Shown: piece after piece, positions 1 to 9,948 of the stretch
How the letters are laid out: each line of letters begins with the position of its first letter
Position numbering within the stretch: the stretch's first letter is position 1
NCBI GenBank assembly: GCA_040392075.1
Contig: JBEBWQ010000001.1
Location: forward strand, 1-48,923
Origin: Microbacterium sp.
GTDB taxonomy: Bacteria > Actinomycetota > Actinomycetes > Actinomycetales > Microbacteriaceae
DNA: 48,923 bases
Direction of reading: 5' to 3'
Translations under genes and position numbers: made by a program
The notes under the pieces: generated by a model
Database searches by the model: none
Told to the model about the DNA's origin: nothing
Seen by the model: the letters and a program-made list of their open reading frames with translations, nothing else

Positions 1-1
1 T

Positions 2-520
2 CACCTCGACGGCAAGAGCGTGGTCGACGAGGACACGGCGATCAAGCGCATCCGCGCGGCCGCCGACGCCCGGCGCGACCCGAACTTCCTCATCATGGCG
101 CGCACCGACATCCGCGCCGTGGAGGGCCTGGACGCGGCGATCGACCGGGCCAAGGCCCTCGTCGACGCCGGGGCGGACTCGATCTTCCCCGAGGCGATGC
201 GCGACCTGTCGGAGTTCGAGGCGATGGCGAACGCCCTGGACGTGCCGATCCTGGCCAACATGACCGAGTTCGGCAAGAGCGACCTGTTCTCCGTGGAGCA
301 GCTGCGCGACGCCGGGGTGCGGATCGTGATCTGGCCGGTCTCGATGCTCCGCATCGCGATGGGCGCGACCGGCCGGGCGCTGGACACGCTCGTCGAGGAG
401 GGGCATCTCACCTCGAAGCTGGGCGAGATGCAGCACCGCGCCGACCTGTACGACCTCATCGACTACGAGGAGTACAACCGCTTCGACACCAGCGTGTTCA
501 ACTTCCAGATCCAGCGCTGA
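2..520 (+). CDS. prpB: 2-methylisocitrate lyase, 5'-truncated by the window edge
   Basis: Frame opens HLDGK (end of the KRCGH motif), then ARTD, GADSIFPEA and NMTEFGK; upstream of a citrate synthase-family gene. Confidence 0.93.
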   Translation, partial: HLDGKSVVDEDTAIKRIRAAADARRDPNFLIMARTDIRAVEGLDAAIDRAKALVDAGADSIFPEAMRDLSEFEAMANALDVPILANMTEFGKSDLFSVEQLRDAGVRIVIWPVSMLRIAMGATGRALDTLVEEGHLTSKLGEMQHRADLYDLIDYEEYNRFDTSVFNFQIQR

Positions 521-734
521 CACCGGGCGGCGCTCTCCCGTCACCCGGCGGGCAGCACCCGCCGCCGGATCGGCGACGACGACCGGAGAGGGAGCCGCGA
601 TCCGCCGCACGACCGCAGCGGGCCTGCCGGTGCGACACCCACCCACAACGGAACAGGATCCTGCGATCCGCTTCACGGCCGCAGGATGACGGGATACGAT
701 CCTCCCGCGACCGCAGAAAAAGACTAAGGAGTCG

Positions 735-1922
735 ATGATGACCGACATCAAGAAGGGCCTCGCGGGCGTCGTGGCCGACGTGACCGCGATCTCGAAGGTC
801 AACCCCGAGACCAACTCGCTGCTCTACCGGGGATACCCCGTGCAGGAGCTCGCGGCGACCCAGCCCTTCGAGGCGGTCGCGCACCTGCTCTGGAAGGGCG
901 AGCTGCCCACGCCCGAGCAGTTGGCGGAGCTGCGCGCCGAGGAGCGCCGTCACCGCGCCATCCCCGCGAACGTGAAGGCCGTGATCGATCTGCTGCCGGT
1001 GGACACCCACCCGATGGACGAGGTGCGCACCGCGGTCAGCGTGATCGGTGCCTCGGACACGAGCGGCGCGGGCTCCGTGCTCGACGCGGTCGGCTCGCCG
1101 GAGGAGAACCTCGCGCGCAGCATCCGCCTCTACGCCGTGCTGCCGGCCATCGTCGCCTACGGCCAGCGCCGCCGGCGCGGCCAGGAGCTCGTCGAGGCCC
1201 GGTCCGACCTCGACTACGCCGCGAACTTCCTCTGGATGACCTTCGGCGAGGAGGCGGACGAGGTCGTCGTGGACGCCTTCAACCGCTCGATGATCCTCTA
1301 CGCCGAGCACTCCTTCAACGCCTCCACCTTCACCGCGCGCGTCATCACCTCGACGATGTCGGACCTGTACTCGGCCGTGGTCGGTGCGATCGGCGCGCTC
1401 AAGGGCCCGCTGCACGGCGGGGCGAACGAGGCCGTCCTGCACATCTTCCGCGAGATCGGCGATGCGTCCCAGGTCACGGCGTGGCTCGACGAGGCCCTCG
1501 GCCAGAAGCGCAAGATCATGGGGTTCGGCCACCGCGTGTACAAGCGCGGCGACTCGCGGGTGCCCACCATGAAGAAGGCGCTCGACACGCTCGTGGCGCA
1601 CTACGACCGGCCCGACGTCGCCGAGCTCTACGACACGCTGGAGGCCGAGTTCGTGGGCCGCAAGGGGATCTACCCGAACCTCGACTACCCCTCGGGCCCG
1701 GCGTACGATCTCATCGGCTTCGACATCCTCACCTTCACCCCGCTGTTCATCGCCTCGCGCGTGACCGGGTGGACCGCCCACATCATGGAGCAGACCGCGT
1801 CCAACGCGCTCATCCGCCCGCTGTCGGAGTACGACGGCCCGGCCGAGCGGCACATCGACGGCTATGTCGCCGACGACGCCGATCTCGAGGCGCTGCGCCG
1901 CGCGGAGGAGTCGGCGGAATGA
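735..1922 (+). CDS. prpC: 2-methylcitrate synthase / citrate synthase
   Basis: KKGLAGV, EHSFNASTF, GPLHGGANE, GFGHRVYK and PNLD motifs; AAGGAG RBS; follows prpB. Confidence 0.92.
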   Translation: MMTDIKKGLAGVVADVTAISKVNPETNSLLYRGYPVQELAATQPFEAVAHLLWKGELPTPEQLAELRAEERRHRAIPANVKAVIDLLPVDTHPMDEVRTAVSVIGASDTSGAGSVLDAVGSPEENLARSIRLYAVLPAIVAYGQRRRRGQELVEARSDLDYAANFLWMTFGEEADEVVVDAFNRSMILYAEHSFNASTFTARVITSTMSDLYSAVVGAIGALKGPLHGGANEAVLHIFREIGDASQVTAWLDEALGQKRKIMGFGHRVYKRGDSRVPTMKKALDTLVAHYDRPDVAELYDTLEAEFVGRKGIYPNLDYPSGPAYDLIGFDILTFTPLFIASRVTGWTAHIMEQTASNALIRPLSEYDGPAERHIDGYVADDADLEALRRAEESAE

Positions 1923-3103
1923 GCGCCGAGAGGGTCGTCCTCCTGGCCGGCGCCCGCACCCCGGTGGGGAGCTACGGTGGGTCGCTGAAGGACGTCCCGG
2001 CGCACGAGCTGGGCGCCGCCGCCGTCACCGAGGCGCTGCGCCGCGCGGGCGTGGCCGGGGCGGAGGTGGACGAGGTCATCATGGGCTGCATCGCCCAGAA
2101 CGGCCCCGACGCCTACAACGCCCGGCGGGTGGGTCTGGCTGCAGGCCTGCCTCCCCGTGTCCCCGCGCTCACGGTCAACCGCCTGTGCGGGTCGGGCGTG
2201 CAGGCGATCTGGTCCGGCGCGCAGGAGCTGCTCTGGGGCGGTGTGGACGTCGTCGTCGCCGGCGGGGACGAGAGCATGTCGCGCACGCCGTTCCTCGACT
2301 TCCAGGCGCGCGGCAATGCGCGCCTCGGCGACCGCACGCTCCTGGACGGGACGCTGGCGATCCTCACCGACCCGTTCAGCGAGAAGCACATGGGCGTGAC
2401 GGCCGAGAACGTCGCGGAGAAGTACGGGATCTCCCGCGAGGACCAGGACGCGTTCGCGGTCGAGAGCCAGCGCCGCGCGGCGACCGAGGCGGCGCGGGCG
2501 GCGTTCGCCGAGGAGATCGTCCCGGTCTCCTCCGGCGCCCGGCGCCCGGTGGAGGTCGCCGTCGACGAGCACCCCCGCCCCGGCACCACCCTCGAGGTGC
2601 TGGCGGGCCTGCGCGCGGCGTTCCGCGAGGGCGGCACGGTGACCGCCGGCAACTCCTCGGGCATCAACGACGGCGCGGCGGCGACCGTGCTGATGCGGGA
2701 GTCGGACGCCCGTGCTCGGGGGCTGTCGGGACTGGCGACGATCGAGGCCGTGACCACCGCGGGCATCGAGCCGGAGCTCATGGGCTACGCCCCCGTGCAC
2801 GCCCTGGAGCGGCTCTGGGAGAAGACCGGCCTCTCCCCGGCGGATGTCGACGTGATCGAGCTGAACGAGGCCTTCGCCGCCCAGGCGCTGGCGGTCATCC
2901 GCGATGCCGGACTGGATCCCGCGAAGGTCAACCCCTACGGCGGGGCGATCGCGCTGGGGCACCCGGTGGGCGCGACCGGGGCGATCCTCACGGTCCGTGC
3001 GGCGATGGACCTCCACCGTCGCGGTCTGCAGTACGCCGTGGTCACCCTGTGCATCGGCGGCGGCCAGGCGATCGCCGCCCTCCTCCGGCGCTGGGACGGC
3101 TGA
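1919..3103 (+). CDS. Acetyl-CoA C-acyltransferase (classical thiolase)
   Basis: ATGA overlap with the prpC stop; NRLCGSG (catalytic Cys), NEAFA, GHPVGATG and CIGGGQ motifs. Confidence 0.92.
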   Translation: MSAERVVLLAGARTPVGSYGGSLKDVPAHELGAAAVTEALRRAGVAGAEVDEVIMGCIAQNGPDAYNARRVGLAAGLPPRVPALTVNRLCGSGVQAIWSGAQELLWGGVDVVVAGGDESMSRTPFLDFQARGNARLGDRTLLDGTLAILTDPFSEKHMGVTAENVAEKYGISREDQDAFAVESQRRAATEAARAAFAEEIVPVSSGARRPVEVAVDEHPRPGTTLEVLAGLRAAFREGGTVTAGNSSGINDGAAATVLMRESDARARGLSGLATIEAVTTAGIEPELMGYAPVHALERLWEKTGLSPADVDVIELNEAFAAQALAVIRDAGLDPAKVNPYGGAIALGHPVGATGAILTVRAAMDLHRRGLQYAVVTLCIGGGQAIAALLRRWDG

Positions 3104-3255
3104 GCCAGCCCTGGCATCGGGGACATCCCGGAACCAGGAGAGCTGCCGAGAGGGGGACTGCGTCCAGGGGCCTCACAGGGTCGTCTGCACCGCCCTTGCG
3201 TCGAGGGTTGTCACGGGCGACAGGAGCGGTGTGTCGTCAGCGGCTCGTCATCGAT

Positions 3256-3306
3256 GGCATCACTGACAATCACCCCGGGGTGGTGAGATGTCACTGTGAC
3301 GATGCC
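3256..3306. terminator. Imperfect long hairpin between convergent genes
   Basis: GGCATC..TGACA.TCACC / GGTGA..TGTCA..GATGCC inverted arms. Confidence 0.4.
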
Positions 3307-3341
3307 CCGCACCGCGTCGATCAGCCTGCCTGCCGTGGTGA

Positions 3342-4364
3342 TCATGGCGCCGCAGAAGGGTCGGCCGGGTGCAGCCATGCGGTCGGAATCGGCAGCACCG
3401 GTGCCGTCCCCGCCGGCCCAGCGCTACGAGAGGCGATCTGCACGCGCACCGAGTGCTCGGACGGATCGATGACCTCGATCGGCAAGTCGTGTTCGTCAGC
3501 AAGTCGGACGATTTCCCCTGCAGGCATGGCCGCGAGCACCGTCTCGAGCCGATCGTGGATCTCACCGGAGCGCCTTCGTCGGTCCAGATATCTTCCGTGA
3601 CGATCGCTCCCGGCCCAGTCCTTCCACCCGAGCGCGTCGCACATTCGCTCCCACATCGCGTCTTCCAGCAGTGCGACGACCACCCGTCGCCCGTCGCTCG
3701 TCGCGAAAGTGCCGTAGCTGGGCTCGCGGTGTGTGGCGGCTTCCGGCTTGATGCGTGACCAGGACTGCGCTGCATCGAGCATCGCCAGATCCAGATAGCC
3801 TCCGTCGCCTGCGTGCCATGCGGCGACTGCGAGGAGGGCCGCTGTCGACCCGGCTGCTAGGTCGACCCAGGGGACCCCGATGCGGTCGATCGTGATGTCG
3901 TCCGGGATCGCGCCGACCATCGCCTGCAGGCTGAGGTCATGAGTAGGCCGAGACGCGAGCGGCCCCGTCTGGCCGAATCCCGAGATCGAGCAGTAGACGA
4001 TGGCCGGATTGATGGCCTTGATCGTCTCGTAGTCGCAGCCGAGTCGTGCTATCACTCCGGGGCGGAAGCCTTCGACGAAGACATCCGCATCGGCGGCGAG
4101 CCTCAACAGCGCAGCGCGATCGGTGTCATCCTTCAGATCGAGCGTGATCGCCCGTTTCCATCGATTCACCGTGCGGAACATCTCTGGATCGAGCATGCGC
4201 GCGGCGTCCCCCGTGGGCGGTTCCACCTTGATCACATCAGCTCCCAACGCCGCGAGCAACGCCGTCGCGTAGGGGCCGGGCAGTTGCTGGCTGACGTCGA
4301 GCACGCGCATGTGCGCGAGCGATCCCTGACCGGTCGGCGAGCGCCAGGCGATGGGGTCGTTCAT
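3342..4364 (-). CDS. Family III (CaiB/BaiF) CoA transferase
   Basis: RVLDVSQQLPGP, GADVIKVEPP, NRWKR, EGFRPG and ISGFGQTGP motifs; catalytic Asp in WVDLAAG; ATG overlaps the cyclase stop. Confidence 0.9.
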   Translation of the reverse strand: MNDPIAWRSPTGQGSLAHMRVLDVSQQLPGPYATALLAALGADVIKVEPPTGDAARMLDPEMFRTVNRWKRAITLDLKDDTDRAALLRLAADADVFVEGFRPGVIARLGCDYETIKAINPAIVYCSISGFGQTGPLASRPTHDLSLQAMVGAIPDDITIDRIGVPWVDLAAGSTAALLAVAAWHAGDGGYLDLAMLDAAQSWSRIKPEAATHREPSYGTFATSDGRRVVVALLEDAMWERMCDALGWKDWAGSDRHGRYLDRRRRSGEIHDRLETVLAAMPAGEIVRLADEHDLPIEVIDPSEHSVRVQIASRSAGPAGTAPVLPIPTAWLHPADPSAAP

Positions 4365-5230
4365 AACACAGCGAGCGGGGTCAGCTGCGCCGCGGTGGAA
4401 CCGGTGAATCCGACCGGCGCGGCGACAAAGCAGAATGATGTGACCGTGCGGCCGACAAGCCCCCTCAGGTCCATGTTCTCGATCAGCGGGATGCCCTGCT
4501 GGTGGATCAGCGCGAGATGGACGGGGAACCGTGTGCCGCTGGTCGACGGTTGCACTTCGATGGCATAGTTGTCCGCGCCGACGAGGGCGACGTCTGCGGT
4601 CGCTAGCCATTCCGCGGCCGATTCGTCCAGACCGGGCTCGTTGTCGAAGTACTCGGCGTGCTCGGCCAGATGCGACTCCCACCAGCCGGTGCGGATGATG
4701 ACGGCATCGCCGGCCTCCGGGGAGAGGCCTGCAGCGCTATATCCGTGTGCGAGGTCATCAGCGCTGATCCGGGTCGAGGCGCGCAACGGAGCGCCGTAGG
4801 CGGACACGAGGTCGATGAGGACGCCGCGAGTCATCACGCTGCGGAGAGTCTCGGCGCCGAGTCGAGTCGCGCCCGTCGAGCGCAACGTCGAGGCCGCGTG
4901 GCCGTTGTAGAGATCGTTGCCCGTCCAGACGTGCGAAAGAGCATCCATGTGGGTGCCACTGTGCGTCGAGATCGCGACAGTGTCCTCAGCGAATTTGAAC
5001 CCTCCGACGGCCCGCGCGCCCAGTGCGTAGTCACCCGCATCACGGTCCATGAATCGTGAGCCGCGCCGCCGGTGGGGCGGCACCGCACCGGCGGCGCCGG
5101 ACGGCTGGGCGAGGGGAACGACCACCCCCTCCCGCACGAGCCCGGCCGCGCGGCGCACCTGGTCGGGGCCGACCGTGTTCAACGCGCCGAACTCGTCTCG
5201 TTCCCCCCAGCGTCCCCAGTTGTCGTTCAT
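4361..5230 (-). CDS. Cyclase-family metal-dependent hydrolase (kynurenine formamidase/isatin hydrolase-like)
   Basis: NWGRWG N-terminus, HSGTHMDA (HxGTHxD), IIRTGW, GADN and IEN motifs. Confidence 0.88.
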   Translation of the reverse strand: MNDNWGRWGERDEFGALNTVGPDQVRRAAGLVREGVVVPLAQPSGAAGAVPPHRRRGSRFMDRDAGDYALGARAVGGFKFAEDTVAISTHSGTHMDALSHVWTGNDLYNGHAASTLRSTGATRLGAETLRSVMTRGVLIDLVSAYGAPLRASTRISADDLAHGYSAAGLSPEAGDAVIIRTGWWESHLAEHAEYFDNEPGLDESAAEWLATADVALVGADNYAIEVQPSTSGTRFPVHLALIHQQGIPLIENMDLRGLVGRTVTSFCFVAAPVGFTGSTAAQLTPLAVL

Positions 5231-6297
5231 GGGACCACCACCGCCCGTCCGATCTGTTCACCGGCGTCGAGGGCGGCATGTACCGACACGATCTCGCGAA
5301 GCGGATACGTCCGTGTCGGCGGGGGGGCCAGCCGTCCCGAGTCGACGAGGGCGATGACTGCCTCAAGGTCCGCACGAGTACCGTGCGCCGAACCGATCAC
5401 AGACAACTCCTTCACGATCGTGAGGCCTCCTTCGAGCGACAGGGATTGCGGATCGACGTTGCCTACGAGCACGAGACGACATTGAGGTGCCAGTGATCGA
5501 AGGCTCAGCGCGAAGGTGGGCGCGCCGGTCAGTTCGAGTGCAGCGTCGACTCCGCGACGGCGGCCGTGGCGGGCGGCCGCGGCTTTCACATCTTTCACCG
5601 TGGGACGGATGAGCACGTCCGTCGCACCCGCCGCGAAGAGCGCCTCTCGTTTGCCCCTGCGGGAAGTCGCCGCAAGAGGCACGATATCCAGGGAGGCAGC
5701 GAGCGCCACCGCGTTGAGTCCCACTCCGCCGCCGGCCCCGGTGATCAAGAGCACATCACCGGGGCCGCAGTGCGAAGCCGTGATCGCACGCAGTCCTGTT
5801 CCGATCCCGCAGGAGAGGATCGCCGCGGTCGCGTCGTCGATGGAGTCTGGCACGCGGACCGCGTTGAGCGGATCGGCCAGCACGTACTCCGCATATCCAC
5901 CCTCGCTGTCTTCGCCGTAGAATCCCGGGCCCTGGCGGCACTGGTTCGTCGCGCCGCGGACGCAGTCTTCGCAGACCCCGCAGGGGCGTCGCTGAACGAG
6001 GGCGACTCGTGCCCCGAGCCAGCCGTCGAGGGCGACGCCGCCGACGGCGTCCACGATCCCCGCGATCTCATGACCCAGCACCGCGTCCGGCGCAGAGGCG
6101 ATCTGTCCCGACCGTGCCAGCACGTCGTGTCCGCAGACTCCGCAGGCGAGCACTCGCACGCGGAACTCCCCGGGCCCGGGAGTGGGAACCGGTCGACGCT
6201 CGGGACCGATCACCGTGGCCGCACCATGGCCGTGGAGCGCCATCACTTCCATCGACGTGCCCGCGTCAGGGCCACCCGGAGAGAGTTCGTGCGGCAT
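5227..6297 (-). CDS. Zinc-binding MDR alcohol dehydrogenase/reductase
   Basis: CGHD, GHE, structural Zn CxxCxxC-x7-C, GAGGGVG; start codon uncertain. Confidence 0.87.
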   Translation of the reverse strand: MPHELSPGGPDAGTSMEVMALHGHGAATVIGPERRPVPTPGPGEFRVRVLACGVCGHDVLARSGQIASAPDAVLGHEIAGIVDAVGGVALDGWLGARVALVQRRPCGVCEDCVRGATNQCRQGPGFYGEDSEGGYAEYVLADPLNAVRVPDSIDDATAAILSCGIGTGLRAITASHCGPGDVLLITGAGGGVGLNAVALAASLDIVPLAATSRRGKREALFAAGATDVLIRPTVKDVKAAAARHGRRRGVDAALELTGAPTFALSLRSLAPQCRLVLVGNVDPQSLSLEGGLTIVKELSVIGSAHGTRADLEAVIALVDSGRLAPPPTRTYPLREIVSVHAALDAGEQIGRAVVVP

Positions 6298-6305
6298 CGA
6301 TATCG

Positions 6306-6779
6306 TCAGGACGTCGGTTCGAACCAGTAGTCGGCGGCGGTACCCGTAGGATGCTCCGCGAAAGACACGGTGACCCGGGTGCCGATTTTCACCGCCTCGA
6401 CCGCAGCGGCCTGATCCTCGAGCGCGACCCCGCGGACATAGCCGACGAGCGCGGTGTCCGCGCCGTCGAGCAGCACATAGGCCAGCGCATACGGCGGGTC
6501 GGGGAGTCCCTTGAACGGTTCGTACACGACCGTGGACATCTCGATCACACCCTGGGTGCCGACCTCGACCCAATCCACGACCCTCGTATGCGTGCGGTCG
6601 TCATAAGACCGCGCGGGCACGAGCACCCGGCCGTCCTCGGTCTTCGTTCCCCAGATGCGTCCTTCCGCGATGCCTCGCAGGAATCGCGACGTCGTCTCGC
6701 CGAGGGCGTGCCGGTACTGGAGATCCCAGGTCTGTTCGTAGAACAGGGGGACGTTCGGGGCTGTGGTCTGGTCGGTCAC
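6306..6779 (-). CDS. DUF35-type OB-fold protein (thiolase-fold partner)
   Basis: SRFLRGIAEGRIWG, PPYALAYVLLDGADT and GTRVTV; directly downstream of the thiolase-like genes; Zn-ribbon cysteines absent. Confidence 0.82.
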   Translation of the reverse strand: MTDQTTAPNVPLFYEQTWDLQYRHALGETTSRFLRGIAEGRIWGTKTEDGRVLVPARSYDDRTHTRVVDWVEVGTQGVIEMSTVVYEPFKGLPDPPYALAYVLLDGADTALVGYVRGVALEDQAAAVEAVKIGTRVTVSFAEHPTGTAADYWFEPTS

Positions 6780-6781
6780 GG

Positions 6782-7972
6782 CTAGATCTCCTCAAGGTCG
6801 GTGCTCAGCACCATGGTGGAATAGAACTGGTGGTCTCCGCCGATCGCACTGGCCACAGCGACGCGCGCGCCCGGCACCTGGGTCGCGCCGGCACGACCCA
6901 GGACCTGGTTGGCTGCCTCGCCGACGCGGATCGTTCCGGTGACGGCGATCGGGTTCGTGCACTGGGTGCCGCCGGAGGGATTCACAATGGTCCCCGGTGC
7001 GCCGAGAGTGAAACGTCCCTCCTCCAGCGCGTGGGCGGCTTCACCGTACGGCACGAGACCGGCTGCTTCGACGACGTGAAGCTCCACACTGGAGAAGGGC
7101 GCGTAGAGCTCAGCGACATCGATCTGCACGTCCGGCTCGGTGATGCCGGCCTGAGCGTAGGCGGTGCGGAACGCCTTCGCCAGCGCGTCGGCGTCGGCGT
7201 GGTCCCCCGACGCCTTCGCCCCCACGCGATCGCCCATCCAGAAGGTCTCACTGTTCTGTCCCAATCCGCGTATCCAGGCCGGGTGGAGGCCTCGTTCGCT
7301 GGCGAAGCGGTCAGAGACCAGGACAAGGCCGGCGGCGCCAGTGGACGCGGGACATGCGTCGCCGAGTTTGATCGGCCACGCGAGGGTTCTGCTGTTCAGC
7401 ACTTCGTCGATCGTGATCGTCGTCCGCAGATGCGCGTGGGGATTCAGGCTTGCGTGATAGCGGTTTTTGACCGATACCCGCGCCATATCGAGCTCGGTGC
7501 CGCTGTACTTCCACATGTACCGCTGAGCGGAAAGCGCGAGCATTGTGATCGTGTTCAGCGGCACCGTCCGCTCGTAGCCGACATCCCACATCTTGTTCAG
7601 GACGGACTGCGCCGAACCGGACTCGGAGACCCGGTCCGCGCCGGCGACAAGGACCGCGTCGAATCGTCCCGATGCGATGTGCGTCCAGGCGGCCAGCACC
7701 GCGCTCATGCCGGTCGCGCCGCCGTTGTTGACGCGCATGAACGGCTTTCCGGCCGCACCGAGCGCGTCGATCACCCAGCGTTCACCGTTGTTGACGCCGA
7801 TGAGGGCATCCGGCGCGAGCGGGTAGACGACGGCGTCGATGTCCTCGATGCCGATCCCGGCATCTGCGAGCGTCAGGTCGACGCCTTCCTTCACCAGTTC
7901 CGGAAAGGTGACATCCGTGCGCTTCGTGGTGAAGTACGACTGTCCGAAACCTGCTACTCCGACGTTGATCAC
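6782..7972 (-). CDS. SCP-x-type thiolase-fold protein, Ltp3-like (probable aldolase subunit)
   Basis: APD, GAAGKPFMRV, NPHAH, DVAELYAPF and NPSGG motifs; no Cys at the nucleophile position (NNGGATG); GTGA overlap. Confidence 0.8.
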   Translation of the reverse strand: MINVGVAGFGQSYFTTKRTDVTFPELVKEGVDLTLADAGIGIEDIDAVVYPLAPDALIGVNNGERWVIDALGAAGKPFMRVNNGGATGMSAVLAAWTHIASGRFDAVLVAGADRVSESGSAQSVLNKMWDVGYERTVPLNTITMLALSAQRYMWKYSGTELDMARVSVKNRYHASLNPHAHLRTTITIDEVLNSRTLAWPIKLGDACPASTGAAGLVLVSDRFASERGLHPAWIRGLGQNSETFWMGDRVGAKASGDHADADALAKAFRTAYAQAGITEPDVQIDVAELYAPFSSVELHVVEAAGLVPYGEAAHALEEGRFTLGAPGTIVNPSGGTQCTNPIAVTGTIRVGEAANQVLGRAGATQVPGARVAVASAIGGDHQFYSTMVLSTDLEEI

Positions 7973-8967
7973 TGGTCGCCCCCCTTGTGAGTGCTGAAGA
8001 CCATGGCTGTCGCGCCCTGGCACCCGAAACCGTGGTAGCCGATGCCGGCCGTGTTGACCCGTTCAGCTCCCCGCGCGGCGGTCGCCGCACGGATCGCCTC
8101 CGCGAACCGTCCCAGTCCCGCGACGTGCGGGGACGTCGGGCCAGCGGCAAGCGCTCCTGAGGCGTTCACCGACTCCCGGTCGATTCCCAGCAGGCGGGCG
8201 GTCTCAGAGACCACGTGTTCGCTGTCTGCGGCCACTTCGGTCCAGGACCATGTCTCTGGAGCGGCCTCGGGAGTGCGATGCGTGATCTGGTCGATGGCGT
8301 GGGTCAGACTCTCCAGCTGGCCGATGTCACGTCCCCCGAGCTCGTAGCTGGAGGTCGACCACCCGCTGTCCAGGATCCACGCCAGATCTTTTTCCGGAGG
8401 CGTCGCGCTCTCTGTCGCGATCACGACGGCATGGACCGAGTCGCCGCGCTGCGGCAGATCGTCTCGCTCCAGCGGGTAGGCGACGGTCGTGTCGGCCGCA
8501 GCCTTGCCGTCTCTGTGAGCCCACTTCGAGGCCTGCAGTGCCGCCGCGATGGTGTGGTTCATTCCTATCGTCCGGAGCAGATAGGGTTCCGCTGCCATCA
8601 ACTCGGCCCGGTCCGGCTCCACGGATTCGCTCGGCTTCGCCCAGCCGACGACGAGGATCCGCTCGCCCTGGCCGGCGAGCAGCCGCAGATATGCGTAGCT
8701 CAGAGCCTGGTCCGCCGACGAGGCGATCATGGTGGTGTCTTGATCGACTCCTCCCGCCGGACCGGTGCTGGGCATGATGGAGATGACTCGACCGTCGATC
8801 TCGTCGTTCCCGCTCACCACGACCCCGTCGAGATCCTGAGCTGTCAATCCGGCGGCTTCCAGAGCGCGAGTCGCAGTGTCGAAGATCATCTCCTCCAGAC
8901 TGCGACGCTCCTCTCGCTTTACCACCGTGCTCTCCACAGCGAGCACGGCAACGTTTATTTCAGACAA
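7969..8967 (-). CDS. Divergent thiolase-fold protein, Ltp4-like
   Basis: SGNDEIDGRVIS, ALSYAYLRLLAG, VVGWAKPS and VNASGAL; TTG start after an AAAGGAAG RBS. Confidence 0.68.
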   Translation of the reverse strand: MSEINVAVLAVESTVVKREERRSLEEMIFDTATRALEAAGLTAQDLDGVVVSGNDEIDGRVISIMPSTGPAGGVDQDTTMIASSADQALSYAYLRLLAGQGERILVVGWAKPSESVEPDRAELMAAEPYLLRTIGMNHTIAAALQASKWAHRDGKAAADTTVAYPLERDDLPQRGDSVHAVVIATESATPPEKDLAWILDSGWSTSSYELGGRDIGQLESLTHAIDQITHRTPEAAPETWSWTEVAADSEHVVSETARLLGIDRESVNASGALAAGPTSPHVAGLGRFAEAIRAATAARGAERVNTAGIGYHGFGCQGATAMVFSTHKGGDQ

Positions 8968-9009
8968 GCGTCTTCCTTTCTCCACGGCCACCGGGGTCGG
9001 TGCCGGACG

Positions 9010-9828
9010 TCAAACGTGCAGGATCAGGTTCTCTCCGAGGAGGGGCGCGAGGTCCGCCTGCGTGATCGAGGTCGTCGACGAGGACGGCTCAGGCGTACCT
9101 CCGCGCAAGCGCTCCCCGATTGCGGTCACGGTCGCGAGCAACTCGTCGCCCACCCACCGGAGCCCGGCATCATCGAGGCGGCTCCGGAGCACCGAGATGT
9201 GCGCCGCTCCCACGATCGTCCCATCCATCAGAATCGGCGCGGCCAGGCCGATGATCCCGGTGACCGCCTCCTCGCGCGACACGCTCAGCCCGCGTGCGCA
9301 GATCGAGTCGAACTCCTTGTTCAAGCCGACCTTGTCGGTACGTGTCCGAGGGGTGAGCTGCGGCAGATCGCCGTTGATCACCTCTTGACGGATCTCCTTG
9401 CTGAATGCGGCAAAGAGCTTCCCGGCAGCCGTGGCGTGCCGGTGCAGCGGGAGCCCGAGGGGAATGTCGAGGTTCACGCCCTGACGTCCCCGGAATCGTG
9501 ACGCGTAGATGACGTTGTTGCCTGTTCGCACGGCGAGATAGACGTCGAACCCTACGCGGTGCACGAGGCGTTGAAGATCGGGGGCTGCGACTTTGGCGAT
9601 GTCCATCCGCTCCCAGATCTTGAATGCGAGGCGGGCGGTCACAGGGCCGATGTCGTATCCCTCTGACGTGGACGACGCGACCCCGCCCACGACCATGGCT
9701 TTGAGCAGGTCATGAGTGCTGCTCACCGGCAACCCGAGTCGGTTGCTCACCTCGGTGATCGTCTTGGGCCCGCTCACGGCAAGAAGCCCTAGGACGTCCA
9801 TGATTCGCTTAAAGCGGTCAGTCTCCAT
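9010..9828 (-). CDS. IclR-family transcriptional regulator
   Basis: N-terminal HTH (LGLPVSSTHDLL), LPLHRHATAAGK, LTPRT and GLAAPI. Confidence 0.9.
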   Translation of the reverse strand: METDRFKRIMDVLGLLAVSGPKTITEVSNRLGLPVSSTHDLLKAMVVGGVASSTSEGYDIGPVTARLAFKIWERMDIAKVAAPDLQRLVHRVGFDVYLAVRTGNNVIYASRFRGRQGVNLDIPLGLPLHRHATAAGKLFAAFSKEIRQEVINGDLPQLTPRTRTDKVGLNKEFDSICARGLSVSREEAVTGIIGLAAPILMDGTIVGAAHISVLRSRLDDAGLRWVGDELLATVTAIGERLRGGTPEPSSSTTSITQADLAPLLGENLILHV

Positions 9829-9948
9829 AGAAGCCTCCGATCAAGGCGCGCATCGAGGACGAGGCGCGTCGCAAGTGAGTACGAATTCTCGGATACCGAA
9901 TCCGGATGCCTGTAGTACAGACCTAAACCGGTATCGCCGCAACCCGCC

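Noticed and set aside
521-734. Structured RNA between prpB and prpC
   Set aside because: Only short GC-rich inverted repeats (ATCCTGCG/CGCAGGAT); no recognisable family
3104-3341. att site or terminal repeat at the island's left boundary
   Set aside because: No convincing match found by eye at 31093-31430; a computational search could still find one
6306-8967. Cholesterol degradation cluster
   Set aside because: No kstD, ksh, hsa, fadE or KstR-type genes in the window
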